Positions 26,707 through 35,944 of a DNA stretch of 64,000 bases are shown piece by piece. Both the position numbers and the translations under genes were made by a program. Source of the DNA: an uncultured Candidatus Saccharibacteria bacterium (lineage in GTDB: Bacteria > Patescibacteriota > Minisyncoccia > Portnoybacterales > UBA2143); NCBI GenBank assembly GCA_964517275.1, contig CAZFBL010000001.1:14144-78143 (forward strand). Direction: 5' to 3'. The first letter of the stretch is position 1; every line of letters starts with the position of its first letter. The notes under the pieces are model-generated. The model was not told where the DNA came from, did not search any database, and saw only the letters and a list, made by a program, of their open reading frames with translations.

Positions 26707-26877
26707 GAGGATTGTCCTAACCATTTCGAGAAACCTAGATGACAAAAGCGGCAGCCATTTGTGGCTAAGAAATGGGGCGAGCTTTTGGCATCTCGGAGCC
26801 GCCACAACAATATAGATAGAAAACAAATTAATTAACGGTGGCGGCGTTTTCGAAAAATGGTTAGGACAATCCCTAGA
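26707..26877. repeat. Palindromic intergenic element of about 170 bp with 18-22-bp terminal inverted repeats (GGATTGTCCTAACCATTT) and a nested GCCGCCAC/GTGGCGGC hairpin
   Basis: Left arm 26709-26730 pairs with right arm 26851-26872. CTAG at both ends. Confidence 0.5.
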
Positions 26878-26879
26878 AA

Positions 26880-27908
26880 CTATCGCCAAGTTACATCTTG
26901 GTAAGGCTCAACCATTTCTATCCAAATTTGGCCGGGAATAAAGGGTATTTCCTGACCCGCTTCATCCAAAAATTTAAGTTTGCTGGCCGGATTCTTCTCG
27001 CTTTTTTGCCAAGTACCATCAATGACTATTCCATTTTGATAAATTTGACAATCGCCTGTTCCCTCTAAATCCAAATCATTATAGTCTGGCCCTTCAATCT
27101 GTTTAGAAACCACCCGCATAACAACCACATTTTTAGCGGCAATCTGCTGGTTATTATCTTTATCTATTTCTTTTAAATTAGTCCGGTAACGCAGATAGGA
27201 ATTGGTCGCTGGTTCATACTGATAGGATACGTTATACGGATAAGAATAGCCAATTCTTAAAACCCGACGATTAGCCTCTTGGCTTTCACCTTGGCCGTGC
27301 GGATAACCCTCAAATTTATTTTCTAAACGATAGCCTAATTTTTGAGCACTGTTTAATAGCCGCTCCATCGAAGTAAAGCCGTTATGCGGCTGAGGAATGC
27401 TTTGTTTCTGATAAAAGGCGTTGTAGGGGTTTTTAAGAGCGTCAATGTTGTCCATCATTCCAGTGTCCAATTTGTCCAAGGCGAAATGAGAACCGCCCCA
27501 ATGGACTAAAATGGCGTCTAAGCCAAGGGCTAAAGGGATAAAATCATGACGGGCGCTGCGCAAAGAACCGATTTCGGTCGGCTCCTGACAAACGTAAAGA
27601 GCAACCATCCGGGTAATGCTGTTGGTAATAACCGGCATTTCCAAAACCAAATCAGCTTGGGAAAGACCGGCCAACGGCCGGGTAACAGGGTCTTCGGCCA
27701 AAACAACGGCTAGCGGCCGCCGTTGATAGTTTTGGCAGACTAAACCTGACAGCGGACTGCTCCCGTTCAGCTCTCCCTGATTTACCGAACTGGCCGGCTG
27801 ACCGCCTATTTCAACGGTCCGGCTGGCTCGCTGCCAAATAAAAATTAGCCCGAAGGCTAAAATAAGAAAAATGAAAAATAACCAACCTCTTTTTCTTAAC
27901 TTAAACAT
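26880..27908 (-). CDS. DUF3048 domain protein (YerB-like), N-terminal TM/signal anchor
   Basis: RPLAVVLAEDPVTRPLAGLSQADLVLEMPVITNSITRMVALY matches the DUF3048 core. Confidence 0.6.
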   Translation of the reverse strand: MFKLRKRGWLFFIFLILAFGLIFIWQRASRTVEIGGQPASSVNQGELNGSSPLSGLVCQNYQRRPLAVVLAEDPVTRPLAGLSQADLVLEMPVITNSITRMVALYVCQEPTEIGSLRSARHDFIPLALGLDAILVHWGGSHFALDKLDTGMMDNIDALKNPYNAFYQKQSIPQPHNGFTSMERLLNSAQKLGYRLENKFEGYPHGQGESQEANRRVLRIGYSYPYNVSYQYEPATNSYLRYRTNLKEIDKDNNQQIAAKNVVVMRVVSKQIEGPDYNDLDLEGTGDCQIYQNGIVIDGTWQKSEKNPASKLKFLDEAGQEIPFIPGQIWIEMVEPYQDVTWR

Positions 27909-27916
27909 ATTAATTA

Positions 27917-28303
27917 CTAGCCGCTTCCTAAAATTTTCTTGATTTTGCTTATAATCTCATCGGGGGTGAAATGAGCCTTGATTAAATAATCAACCGCTCC
28001 TAACTTTAATCCTTTTTCCACTTCTTCCTGTTGACCCAGATTACTCAAAATAATCACTGGGATTTTGCTAATCTGATTGTCGTTCTTGATCTGCTTGAGT
28101 ATCTCAAAACCATCAATGCCAGGCAGGATTAAATCTAAGAGAATCAGTTGCGGCTGTTCTTTTTTAATCATCGCCAAGGCCTTCCCTCCGTCCGGAGCAA
28201 TTGAGATAATAAAGCCTTCGCCCTTCAATTTACGAATAAGCAACTCTCGAAGGAATTTATCATCCTCAACAATGAGGATTTTGATTTCCTTTGGGTCAGT
28301 CAT
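27917..28303 (-). CDS. Single-domain response regulator (CheY-like receiver)
   Basis: ILIVEDDKFLRELL...LILLDLILPGIDGFEIL...KLGAVDYLIK. Confidence 0.85.
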   Translation of the reverse strand: MTDPKEIKILIVEDDKFLRELLIRKLKGEGFIISIAPDGGKALAMIKKEQPQLILLDLILPGIDGFEILKQIKNDNQISKIPVIILSNLGQQEEVEKGLKLGAVDYLIKAHFTPDEIISKIKKILGSG

Positions 28304-28404
28304 AATAAACTAATATCAGCTTATGTTTCAATTTACCGGTTTAAACTAACGAAGCGCCCAAAAAATAATTTTATCAAATCTTCCCTCTTTTTTCAAGAAT
28401 AGCC

Positions 28405-28779
28405 TTATTTGGACTGTCCCAGTTGCTTCTTAACTTTAACAACTACTTCTTCCGGATCGAAGTCAGTCTTGACCAAACAGTCTTTAACACCTAATTCTTT
28501 GGCTCGGTCCAGTTCAACCGGTTGGCCTGAGTTAGAAATGATAATAATCGGAATTTTTTTCAGTTCCTCATCCTGGTTAATTTTTTCTATCACCTCGAAG
28601 CCGCCCATCTTAGGCATAACAATATCCAGTAAAATCAAATCTGGTTTGTTGTCTTTTATCTTTTCTAATCCCTCCTGACCGTTTTCGGCTGTCTCCACTT
28701 GATAGCCTTCTCTGGTTAATTTTTTTTGAAGAAGCCCGAGCAGAATTTCTTCATCTTCGACGATAATAATTTTTTTCAT
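28405..28779 (-). CDS. Single-domain response regulator (CheY-like receiver)
   Basis: KKIIIVEDEEIL...DLILLDIVMPKMGGFEVIE...AKELGVKDCLVK. Confidence 0.85.
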   Translation of the reverse strand: MKKIIIVEDEEILLGLLQKKLTREGYQVETAENGQEGLEKIKDNKPDLILLDIVMPKMGGFEVIEKINQDEELKKIPIIIISNSGQPVELDRAKELGVKDCLVKTDFDPEEVVVKVKKQLGQSK

Positions 28780-28794
28780 ATTTTTAAAATTATT

Positions 28795-30294
28795 TCAATC
28801 TATCGGCAAGCTGAACCAAAAGGTAGTCCCTTGTCCTTCTTTACTCTCAAACCAAATTTCTCCGCCGTGCGCTTCGACAATATTTTTACAAATAAACAGA
28901 CCTAAACCGGTCCCTTCTGTCTCCAGCTTTATTGCGTTATCAGCTCTGAAAAATTTAGCAAAAATCCTTTTCTGTTGAGAATTAGGAATGCCAATTCCAC
29001 TATCCTTAACCATCACCTTTAAATTAATTTTATCACATTCAACAGAAATTGTCACCTGTCCGCCGGATTCACTGAAACTAATCGCGTTATCCAACAGGTT
29101 CTGAACGACCAAACTTATTTTTTCCTTATCAATTTTAACCTTGGGCAAAAATTTCTTCGGTTTTTTAAAAACGAGCTTAAGATTCTTTTTTTTAACTGCT
29201 TCGCTTACTCCTTCAATAATATTTTCAATAATTTTCTCTATCGATTGAGGAACCGGATTATAGACAAAACGACCTTCTTCAATACGAGCCACGTTTAGAA
29301 GGTCATTAATTAGATTAATCATCCTTTCATTGCTCTGATAGCCTTTTCCCAAAAAAGCAAGCTGTTCCTGATTAAGTTTCCCGACATCGCCGTCTAAAAG
29401 CATCCGCAGAGTCCATTTAATAGCCGATAAAGGAGTTCTTAACTGATGAGCGGCAATAGAAACGAATTCCGTCTTCATTCTATCAATTTCCCTTTGTCTG
29501 GTTATATCATGCAGGATAATCATTGAACCGAAAGTCTCTTTGCCAACCACAACCGGAGCGACGGAAAACTGAAAAAATCTTTTAAGCGGTTTCTCAAGAA
29601 CTAGTTCATGCTTTCGGCCGGTCCATTTTATTTCTCCTCCCAAAACTTGATAGAGCTTTTTAAGATTAGAAAGGCCGGCTAGTTGGCTAATCTTTTTGTT
29701 AATAACCTGTTCCTCTTTCAACCTCAAAACCTTTTCCGCTTCCGGATTGACCAAAGTAATTCTTTCGGCCTGGTCAAAAACAATCAAACCATCGGTCAGA
29801 CTGGTCAACATTGCCCTGGTTTTATTCTTTTCTGCCTCAACCTCTTTAGTCCTTTCTATTACTTTTTCCTCCAAATTTTCCTGGAACTTCTTAATCTCGG
29901 TAATATTAGAGATAGCCCAGAAACAACCGATTAAGGTTCCTTGATAGTCTCTTCTAACCGAGACCGAAACACTGACCGGAATCTTTTTCTTGGCCCGAGT
30001 CGATAAAACCATTTCCTGATTTTCGGCCGTCTTGCTTTTAAAAACCTTTTTAAGGAGTTTTTTCGCTGATTCTTTGTCTTCGAAGACGAATTCGATTCCC
30101 TGGCCGATTACCTCTGTTTCATTATAGCCAGTCAGCTTTTTAGCCGCTTGATTAAGGTCAACAATAACCCCGGTCGGATTGACAGTGCAAACGGCCAAGG
30201 GCAAAAAAAAGGAAAATTCTTCAATATATCTCTCCAAATTTTCCAAATCTTCTTTAAGTTGTTGACACAGAAAATGTTCTTCCTTTTTTTTCAT
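28795..30294 (-). CDS. Sensor histidine kinase with PAS domains (cytoplasmic, no TM)
   Basis: H-box FVSIAAHQLRTPLSAI. HATPase N/G boxes DSGIGIP...GTGLGLFICKNIVEAHGGEIW. Two PAS-like segments. Confidence 0.85.
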   Translation of the reverse strand: MKKKEEHFLCQQLKEDLENLERYIEEFSFFLPLAVCTVNPTGVIVDLNQAAKKLTGYNETEVIGQGIEFVFEDKESAKKLLKKVFKSKTAENQEMVLSTRAKKKIPVSVSVSVRRDYQGTLIGCFWAISNITEIKKFQENLEEKVIERTKEVEAEKNKTRAMLTSLTDGLIVFDQAERITLVNPEAEKVLRLKEEQVINKKISQLAGLSNLKKLYQVLGGEIKWTGRKHELVLEKPLKRFFQFSVAPVVVGKETFGSMIILHDITRQREIDRMKTEFVSIAAHQLRTPLSAIKWTLRMLLDGDVGKLNQEQLAFLGKGYQSNERMINLINDLLNVARIEEGRFVYNPVPQSIEKIIENIIEGVSEAVKKKNLKLVFKKPKKFLPKVKIDKEKISLVVQNLLDNAISFSESGGQVTISVECDKINLKVMVKDSGIGIPNSQQKRIFAKFFRADNAIKLETEGTGLGLFICKNIVEAHGGEIWFESKEGQGTTFWFSLPID

Positions 30295-30298
30295 TTAG

Positions 30299-30898
30299 CT
30301 ATTCCCATTCAATAACGAATTCGTGGTAGGGGTCGCCCCGGAAAACGCATTTAGTCTCTTTAATAGTCATTTTATCGGTTTTGACCGCCAGCAAGGCAAC
30401 TGATTTAAAGTATCCTCTGAAATACTGGCAGAGAATCGGATGAACCTTAAAATCTTTGAGTCGGAGGACTAATCGTTTCGTATCAACATTAACTTCCGGC
30501 GCCTCCAGTTGGCCAATCGAATAATGCTCCCTCCAATATTTGGCACTCTCATTGAAGGTCTTATCCAAGGAGACAAAGTATCTTAAAAGAGCCCTGACAA
30601 TAAAAGAATGCTTGGGAGCGGCGTAGCCCATTTCCAATATTTCCTTCTCGCCCCAGCCAAAAGTCTCTTTGATGATTAATAATGAAATGGCTCGCCAGCT
30701 CAAAGGATACCAACCAGTTGCTCTGATTTCCTTACCATAACTGATCGGCTGGCCGGTTTTTTTAATAGCCGCTTCAACTTTTTTAAGCCCGGCTTGCCCC
30801 TTTTTTTCCAAAATATACTGGGCGTCAGTCTGAAAAACGACTCCTCTGGCTTGTCCTTTTACTTTTAGTATTTTGTCAATTTCATTCTTGGTTAGCAT
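30299..30898 (-). CDS. V4R-like ligand-binding domain protein (paralogue 2)
   Basis: C-terminal HPILCQYFRGYF...ETKCVFRGDPYHEFVIEWE resembles the V4R core (C..G.....EteC...GDpyCeF). 3' end identical at nucleotide level to the neighbour. Confidence 0.5.
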   Translation of the reverse strand: MLTKNEIDKILKVKGQARGVVFQTDAQYILEKKGQAGLKKVEAAIKKTGQPISYGKEIRATGWYPLSWRAISLLIIKETFGWGEKEILEMGYAAPKHSFIVRALLRYFVSLDKTFNESAKYWREHYSIGQLEAPEVNVDTKRLVLRLKDFKVHPILCQYFRGYFKSVALLAVKTDKMTIKETKCVFRGDPYHEFVIEWE

Positions 30899-30928
30899 AT
30901 TTCTCGATTTGCTATTTATAACTTCAAC

Positions 30929-31555
30929 TTATTGATACCTATAGACATAGACGAATTCGTGGTAGGGGTCGCCCCGGAAAACGCATTTAGTTTCCTCGGC
31001 TCTAACTACTTTCGCCCCAACAATCATCTCAATAAGTTTGGAAAAGACTCCGAGAAGATAAGGACAGACAACCGGATGTTTTTTAAAATCTTCCAGTCTG
31101 ACGACAATCAGTTTTTTCTTCTCGTCATATTTATTAATCTTAACCCGACCAAAGGTATAGAATTTTCTCCAACTATCTGCTCCCATCTTAAGGGTCGTCT
31201 CGACTGACATAAAATATCTCAAGAATCTTTTTATTCCCAAATGGGAATAGACTACCGACTGACCCATTTTCATAATCTCTTCTTCCCGCCAGTTAAAACA
31301 TTTAGCGCTGGCCAGCATAAAGATGGTTGGCCAACTGCTCGGAATCCAATCCATATCCTTTATCTTAGACAGGTCCGGCAATTCGTAGCCACATCTTTTC
31401 AGTTCGGCTTTTACTTTCTTAAATCCATCCTCCCCTTTTTCTCGTCTTACATAGCTGACTAGAAACTTTATGTCATTCCCTCTTTCTTTGCCCGTATCAT
31501 CCTTTTGTATCTCTTTGATCGCTTTTTTCAAATCTATTTTATCTAAATCCAACAT
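30929..31555 (-). CDS. V4R-like ligand-binding domain protein (paralogue 1)
   Basis: HPVVCPYLLGVF...ETKCVFRGDPYHEFVYVYRYQ. Tandem paralogue of 30299..30898. Confidence 0.5.
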   Translation of the reverse strand: MLDLDKIDLKKAIKEIQKDDTGKERGNDIKFLVSYVRREKGEDGFKKVKAELKRCGYELPDLSKIKDMDWIPSSWPTIFMLASAKCFNWREEEIMKMGQSVVYSHLGIKRFLRYFMSVETTLKMGADSWRKFYTFGRVKINKYDEKKKLIVVRLEDFKKHPVVCPYLLGVFSKLIEMIVGAKVVRAEETKCVFRGDPYHEFVYVYRYQ

Positions 31556-31564
31556 ATATTTAGG

Positions 31565-32449
31565 CTATAACTCAAATAGTCTCTTGGCTAAACTATCAAA
31601 CTCTAATTTTCTTAAGAGTCTAGCCGCTTTCTCTTTATTATACCCTCCCCAGCCGGATTGGTCTAATTTAAAATCAAGAGGAACATCTTTTTTAACAGTC
31701 ACTAAATACTGACTGAAAAAAGCGTCTTTTTTGTATTCCAGCAATTTAGCTTTCAATTTGGGATTTAAATTGCTTTGAGGAAGATTTTTATAGAGTTCTT
31801 TTAAGCTGCCGAAGCGCTTAATTAAACCAGCCGCCGTCTTCTGGCCGATACCGACCACTCCCGGGACATTGTCCGAAGGATCTCCTTTCAACCCTTTAAA
31901 GTCGTTAATTTGTTTCACTTCCAGACCATAACGTTTTTTGACAGCCGCCTGGTCATAGACAGTCATCTCTTTAATGCCGGCTTGAGGAGTATAAACAAAA
32001 GTCAATCGGTCAACCAGCTGAAGAGCGTCTAAATCGCCGGTGATAATAATTTTCTTTATTTTCTTATGCTTGGTTTTTTGAACAATCGTCCCAATAATGT
32101 CATCGGCTTCAAAACCTTGTTTTTCATAAATGGGAATGCCCAAGGCTTTAATAATTTCCTTGATTAAGGGAATTTGGTCATATAATTCCTGAGACGGCTT
32201 AACCCGTTTGGCCTTATACTCCTTGTACTCAAGGTCGCGAAAAGTCGGCCCGGCCAGATCAAAAGCGGCGACCAGGTAATCCGGCTTCAAATCTTTAATA
32301 ACCTTGAAAAGAATGCTGACAAATCCGTAAACAGCGTTAACCAACCGACCTTTCTTGGTTTTTAGAGGCGGCAAGGCATGATAAGCCCGATGGATTAAAG
32401 CGTTACTGTCAATAAGAATTAGGGTTTTTATAGATAATCTTGCGCTCAT
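31565..32449 (-). CDS. 5'-3' exonuclease / flap endonuclease (Pol I N-terminal-domain-like)
   Basis: LILIDSNALIHRAYHAL...GFEADDIIGTI and a helix-hairpin-helix region. Overlaps the tsaE 3' end by 41 nt. Confidence 0.8.
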   Translation of the reverse strand: MSARLSIKTLILIDSNALIHRAYHALPPLKTKKGRLVNAVYGFVSILFKVIKDLKPDYLVAAFDLAGPTFRDLEYKEYKAKRVKPSQELYDQIPLIKEIIKALGIPIYEKQGFEADDIIGTIVQKTKHKKIKKIIITGDLDALQLVDRLTFVYTPQAGIKEMTVYDQAAVKKRYGLEVKQINDFKGLKGDPSDNVPGVVGIGQKTAAGLIKRFGSLKELYKNLPQSNLNPKLKAKLLEYKKDAFFSQYLVTVKKDVPLDFKLDQSGWGGYNKEKAARLLRKLEFDSLAKRLFEL

Positions 32450-32900
32450 CTTTAGTTAAGTATTCAAATTTAAACCAGCTAACCTTAGCTGGCAAAATCT
32501 TTTTTATCTTTTCAGCCCATTCAATAACTACCAAATTATTCGGTTGACCGATTATCTCCTTAAAACCCAAGTCGGCTAAATCATCAGCTGAACTAAGTCG
32601 GTAGCAATCAACGTGATAAAGATATTCGAAAAGGCCGGTCCGCTTTAACTCAAATTTTTTGAAAATAACGAAAGTCGGACTGGTTATTTTCTCCTTGATT
32701 CCTAACCCCCGGGCCAAGCCCCGGATAAAAGTGGTTTTACCGCCGCCTAACTCTCCCTCTAAAGCGATAACTAGAGCCTGTCTCTCTTTTGGTCGGCTTT
32801 TAATTATCTCTTCAGCTAAAATTCGGCCGGCTTGCTCTGTTTCTCGAGTATTTTTAGTAATGATTTCCGTCTTGTCTGTAATTTCCGAAGTTCCATTCAT
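32409..32900 (-). CDS. tsaE: tRNA t6A37 biosynthesis ATPase TsaE (YjeE)
   Basis: LEGELGGGKTTFIRGLARGLG Walker A. Length typical of TsaE. Confidence 0.8.
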   Translation of the reverse strand: MNGTSEITDKTEIITKNTRETEQAGRILAEEIIKSRPKERQALVIALEGELGGGKTTFIRGLARGLGIKEKITSPTFVIFKKFELKRTGLFEYLYHVDCYRLSSADDLADLGFKEIIGQPNNLVVIEWAEKIKKILPAKVSWFKFEYLTKDERKIIYKNPNSY

Positions 32901-32971
32901 TAATTCTATTATACTACATTTGACCAGAAGACCGAAATGAGCTAGACTCGAGATAGGGTTAAAGCAATCAA

Positions 32972-34645
32972 ATGACTTCCCTTAATTCAAAAACAAAAAA
33001 GCAGGCTCTCCAAGAGAAATTAACCGAATTAAGAAAAGAAGCTGAAGAAAGAAAGGCCAAACAATTAGCCGTTAAGCTTAATTTACCCTATCTTGATTTA
33101 AAGATAACACCGATTGAATCAGAAGCTCTTAAGCTGCTCTCTGAAGAAAGAGCAAAAAAGGCGAAACTGGCGGCCATCAAAAAGCAAGACAAAAAAATCT
33201 GGCTGGCCAGCCAAGAACCCGATAACCAGTCAGCTAAAAAAATTATTGAAGAACTCAAGAAAGAAGGCTACCAGATCAATCTGATTCTCGTTTCAATGGC
33301 TAGTCTGATTAAAGCTTGGGCTGGCTACCAACGAATAGCTGAGCCAGCTAAAGAAATTACCGGCAAAGTGGAAATAGCCAGTCAGGTCCTGGAAAGATTG
33401 CAAGAAGAAATTAAAAACTTAGCTGATATTAAAAAAAGAGTTGAAGAGAAATCAGTCAGCCAAGCCTCAACTATTATCGAGCTCCTTTTAGCTGGCGGCC
33501 TACAAACTAATTCTTCCGACATCCATTTGGAAAGCGAAGCCGATAAGATTAATTTACGTTACCGTATCGACGGTCTTCTCCAGGATGTCGCTTTTTTATC
33601 TCCAAAAATCTATCACTTTGTTTTGAACAGGCTAAAACTGTTAGCCGGTCTCAAATTAAACGTCCATGATATCGCCCAAGACGGCCGTTTCACCATTTCG
33701 TTGGGCAAAATTGATATCGAAATCAGGGTTTCCTGTCTGCCAAGCGCTTACGGAGAAAATATTGTCATGAGAATTCTCAATCCGAAGTCAATTGATTTGG
33801 ACCTGGAAAAATTGGGTTTGCGTCCGGATTTATTAGAGGTCATTCAAAAAGAAATTAAAAAGCCCGATGGGATGATCATTACCACTGGGCCGACTGGCTC
33901 GGGAAAAACAACTCTCCTTTATTCTTTTATTAAGAAAGTTAACAAACCAGAGGTTAAAATAATTACTCTGGAAGACCCGATTGAATATCATCTGGAAGGA
34001 ATTAGTCAAACCCAAACTGAAAAAGAAAAAGGTTATACCTTTGCCAAGGGCCTACGGGCCATTTTAAGACAAGACCCCGATGTTATCCTAATCGGCGAAA
34101 TTAGAGATAAAGAAACAGCTCAAATTGCCGTTCAGGCCGCTTTGACTGGTCATCTAGTATTTTCCACTCTTCATACTAATGACGCGGCCGGAGCGATTCC
34201 CCGTTTCCTCGATTTAGGACTACAGGCTTCTAATTTAGCTGCCTCGCTCAATCTAATTATTGCTCAACGCCTAGTCAGAAGACTTTGCTCCCATTGCCGT
34301 CAAGCCGTCTCTCCCTCGACCGAACAACTGAATAAAATAAAAAAAGCCCTAAGCGGGCTACCAAAACAAATCAAGCATAAACCGATAAATAAAAAACTGG
34401 AAATCTATCAGGCTAAAGGCTGTAACCAATGCAATCAAACCGGCTATCGGGGCCGAATTGGTATTTTTGAAATAATCCCGATTAACCAAACAATGGAGAA
34501 AATAATCAAGCCGGGCGTCAGCCACGCCGAAATTTTGGAAAAATCTTTTCAGCAAAGTCTAGTCAGCTTCCGACAAGACGCCTTGCTTAAAGTTTTAGAA
34601 GGAGTAACCAGCCTGGAAGAAGCAGAAAGAGTACTCGGCGAATAA
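32972..34645 (+). CDS. pilB: Type IV pilus / type II secretion assembly ATPase (PilB/GspE family)
   Basis: Walker A TGPTGSGKTT. Asp/His boxes. Tetracysteine CSHC...CNQC. Confidence 0.85.
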   Translation: MTSLNSKTKKQALQEKLTELRKEAEERKAKQLAVKLNLPYLDLKITPIESEALKLLSEERAKKAKLAAIKKQDKKIWLASQEPDNQSAKKIIEELKKEGYQINLILVSMASLIKAWAGYQRIAEPAKEITGKVEIASQVLERLQEEIKNLADIKKRVEEKSVSQASTIIELLLAGGLQTNSSDIHLESEADKINLRYRIDGLLQDVAFLSPKIYHFVLNRLKLLAGLKLNVHDIAQDGRFTISLGKIDIEIRVSCLPSAYGENIVMRILNPKSIDLDLEKLGLRPDLLEVIQKEIKKPDGMIITTGPTGSGKTTLLYSFIKKVNKPEVKIITLEDPIEYHLEGISQTQTEKEKGYTFAKGLRAILRQDPDVILIGEIRDKETAQIAVQAALTGHLVFSTLHTNDAAGAIPRFLDLGLQASNLAASLNLIIAQRLVRRLCSHCRQAVSPSTEQLNKIKKALSGLPKQIKHKPINKKLEIYQAKGCNQCNQTGYRGRIGIFEIIPINQTMEKIIKPGVSHAEILEKSFQQSLVSFRQDALLKVLEGVTSLEEAERVLGE

Positions 34646-34701
34646 GACTTTTCGGCTGACGGTTTTTTAAGCAAACATTATCTGGATAAACCTTTAATAT
34701 C

Positions 34702-34857
34702 AACTAACCTGTAGGCAATGACTCTCAGCCTGAGAACAGAGAGAAAAGGCTTTTCCGAGGAATATCCCAGTCGGAACCAAGATATCCTAAAGACTAAGAT
34801 AAAACCCCTATCGGACCCTATTTAAAAAATTGAGCCCTTATTGCCTACAGATTAGTT
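34702..34857. repeat. Inverted-repeat-flanked intergenic element (18-bp IR AACTAACCTGTAGGCAAT / ATTGCCTACAGATTAGTT, 17/18) enclosing about 120 bp
   Basis: Lies in the 279-bp pilB-ruvB spacer. Internal small palindromes CTCAGCCTGAG and GAAAAGGCTTTTCC. Confidence 0.45.
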
Positions 34858-34924
34858 AATATTAAAAAGGGACGACTTAATTGTCCTTCCTAACTATTAA
34901 GTATAATAGCAAACTATCGTCAAA

Positions 34925-35944
34925 ATGTCAAGACCGACAACCACTGCTAACCAATTAAAAGAAGATCGTTATCTGGATTTAACCCTCCGACCGGGTTCTT
35001 TTGAAGAATATATGGGCCAGCAAAAAATTAAGGATAATCTTAAAATTTTAATGGAGGCGGCCCAAAAGAGAAAAGAGCCGATTGAACATGTTCTCCTCTA
35101 CGGCGGCTCCGGCTTAGGTAAAACCACTTTAGCACATATTATCGCCAGAGAAATGAATTGCCAAATTAAGGTAACCTCCGGACCAGCCATCGAAAAAGTA
35201 GGTGACTTAGCTTCTATTTTGACCAATTTAGCTGATGGCGATGTTCTTTTCGTTGACGAATGCCACCGTTTGAACAAATCTATCGAGGAAGTTCTTTACC
35301 CAGCCATGGAAGATTTCCTTCTGGATATTATTATTGGCAAAGGACCGTCGGCCCGAACCCTCCGCTTGGAACTGCCACGTTTTACCTTAATTGCCGCGAC
35401 CACCCGGATTGGTCTCCTTTCTTCGCCTCTGCGGAGCCGCTTTGGGATAAATTTTCGCTTGGACTTCTACGACCCAAAAGACATTGAAAAAATTATCGCC
35501 CGGTCGGCTAAAATTCTAAAGACGTCCATTGAGCCGGCCGCTCTCCAAATGATTGCTCAATCGGCCCGCTATACGCCCCGGATAGCCAACCGCTTGCTTA
35601 AAAGAATTCGCGATTACGCCCAAGTCCGAGCGGACGGACTAATTAACCAAAAAACAGCCCGAGAAGGACTGAAAATGTTGGAAGTTGACGAAATCGGCTT
35701 AGAACCGGCTGACCGCCACATTTTAGAAACAATGATTAAAAAATTTAACGGCGGTCCGGTCGGACTGCAGGCTTTAGCGGCGGCCACTAACGAAGAGCAG
35801 GATACAATTGAAGAAATTTACGAACCCTACCTGCTTCGTTTAGGTTTTTTAGCACGTACCCCGAAAGGCCGTCAAGCAACCGAATTAGCTTATGAGCACC
35901 TAGGTATAAAATATGAAGGAGGGGATCAAGATAAATTGTTTTAG
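34925..35944 (+). CDS. ruvB: Holliday junction branch-migration helicase RuvB
   Basis: RPGSFEEYMGQQKIKDNL...LLYGGSGLGKTTLAHIIA. Walker B DVLFVDECHRL. Confidence 0.9.
   Translation: MSRPTTTANQLKEDRYLDLTLRPGSFEEYMGQQKIKDNLKILMEAAQKRKEPIEHVLLYGGSGLGKTTLAHIIAREMNCQIKVTSGPAIEKVGDLASILTNLADGDVLFVDECHRLNKSIEEVLYPAMEDFLLDIIIGKGPSARTLRLELPRFTLIAATTRIGLLSSPLRSRFGINFRLDFYDPKDIEKIIARSAKILKTSIEPAALQMIAQSARYTPRIANRLLKRIRDYAQVRADGLINQKTAREGLKMLEVDEIGLEPADRHILETMIKKFNGGPVGLQALAAATNEEQDTIEEIYEPYLLRLGFLARTPKGRQATELAYEHLGIKYEGGDQDKLF

Noticed and set aside
26692-26889. N-terminal 66-aa extension of the holA ORF
   Set aside because: The extension reads through a palindromic intergenic element and has no HolA similarity. 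The conserved N-terminus begins at MLILLYGEDSY (ATG 26691).
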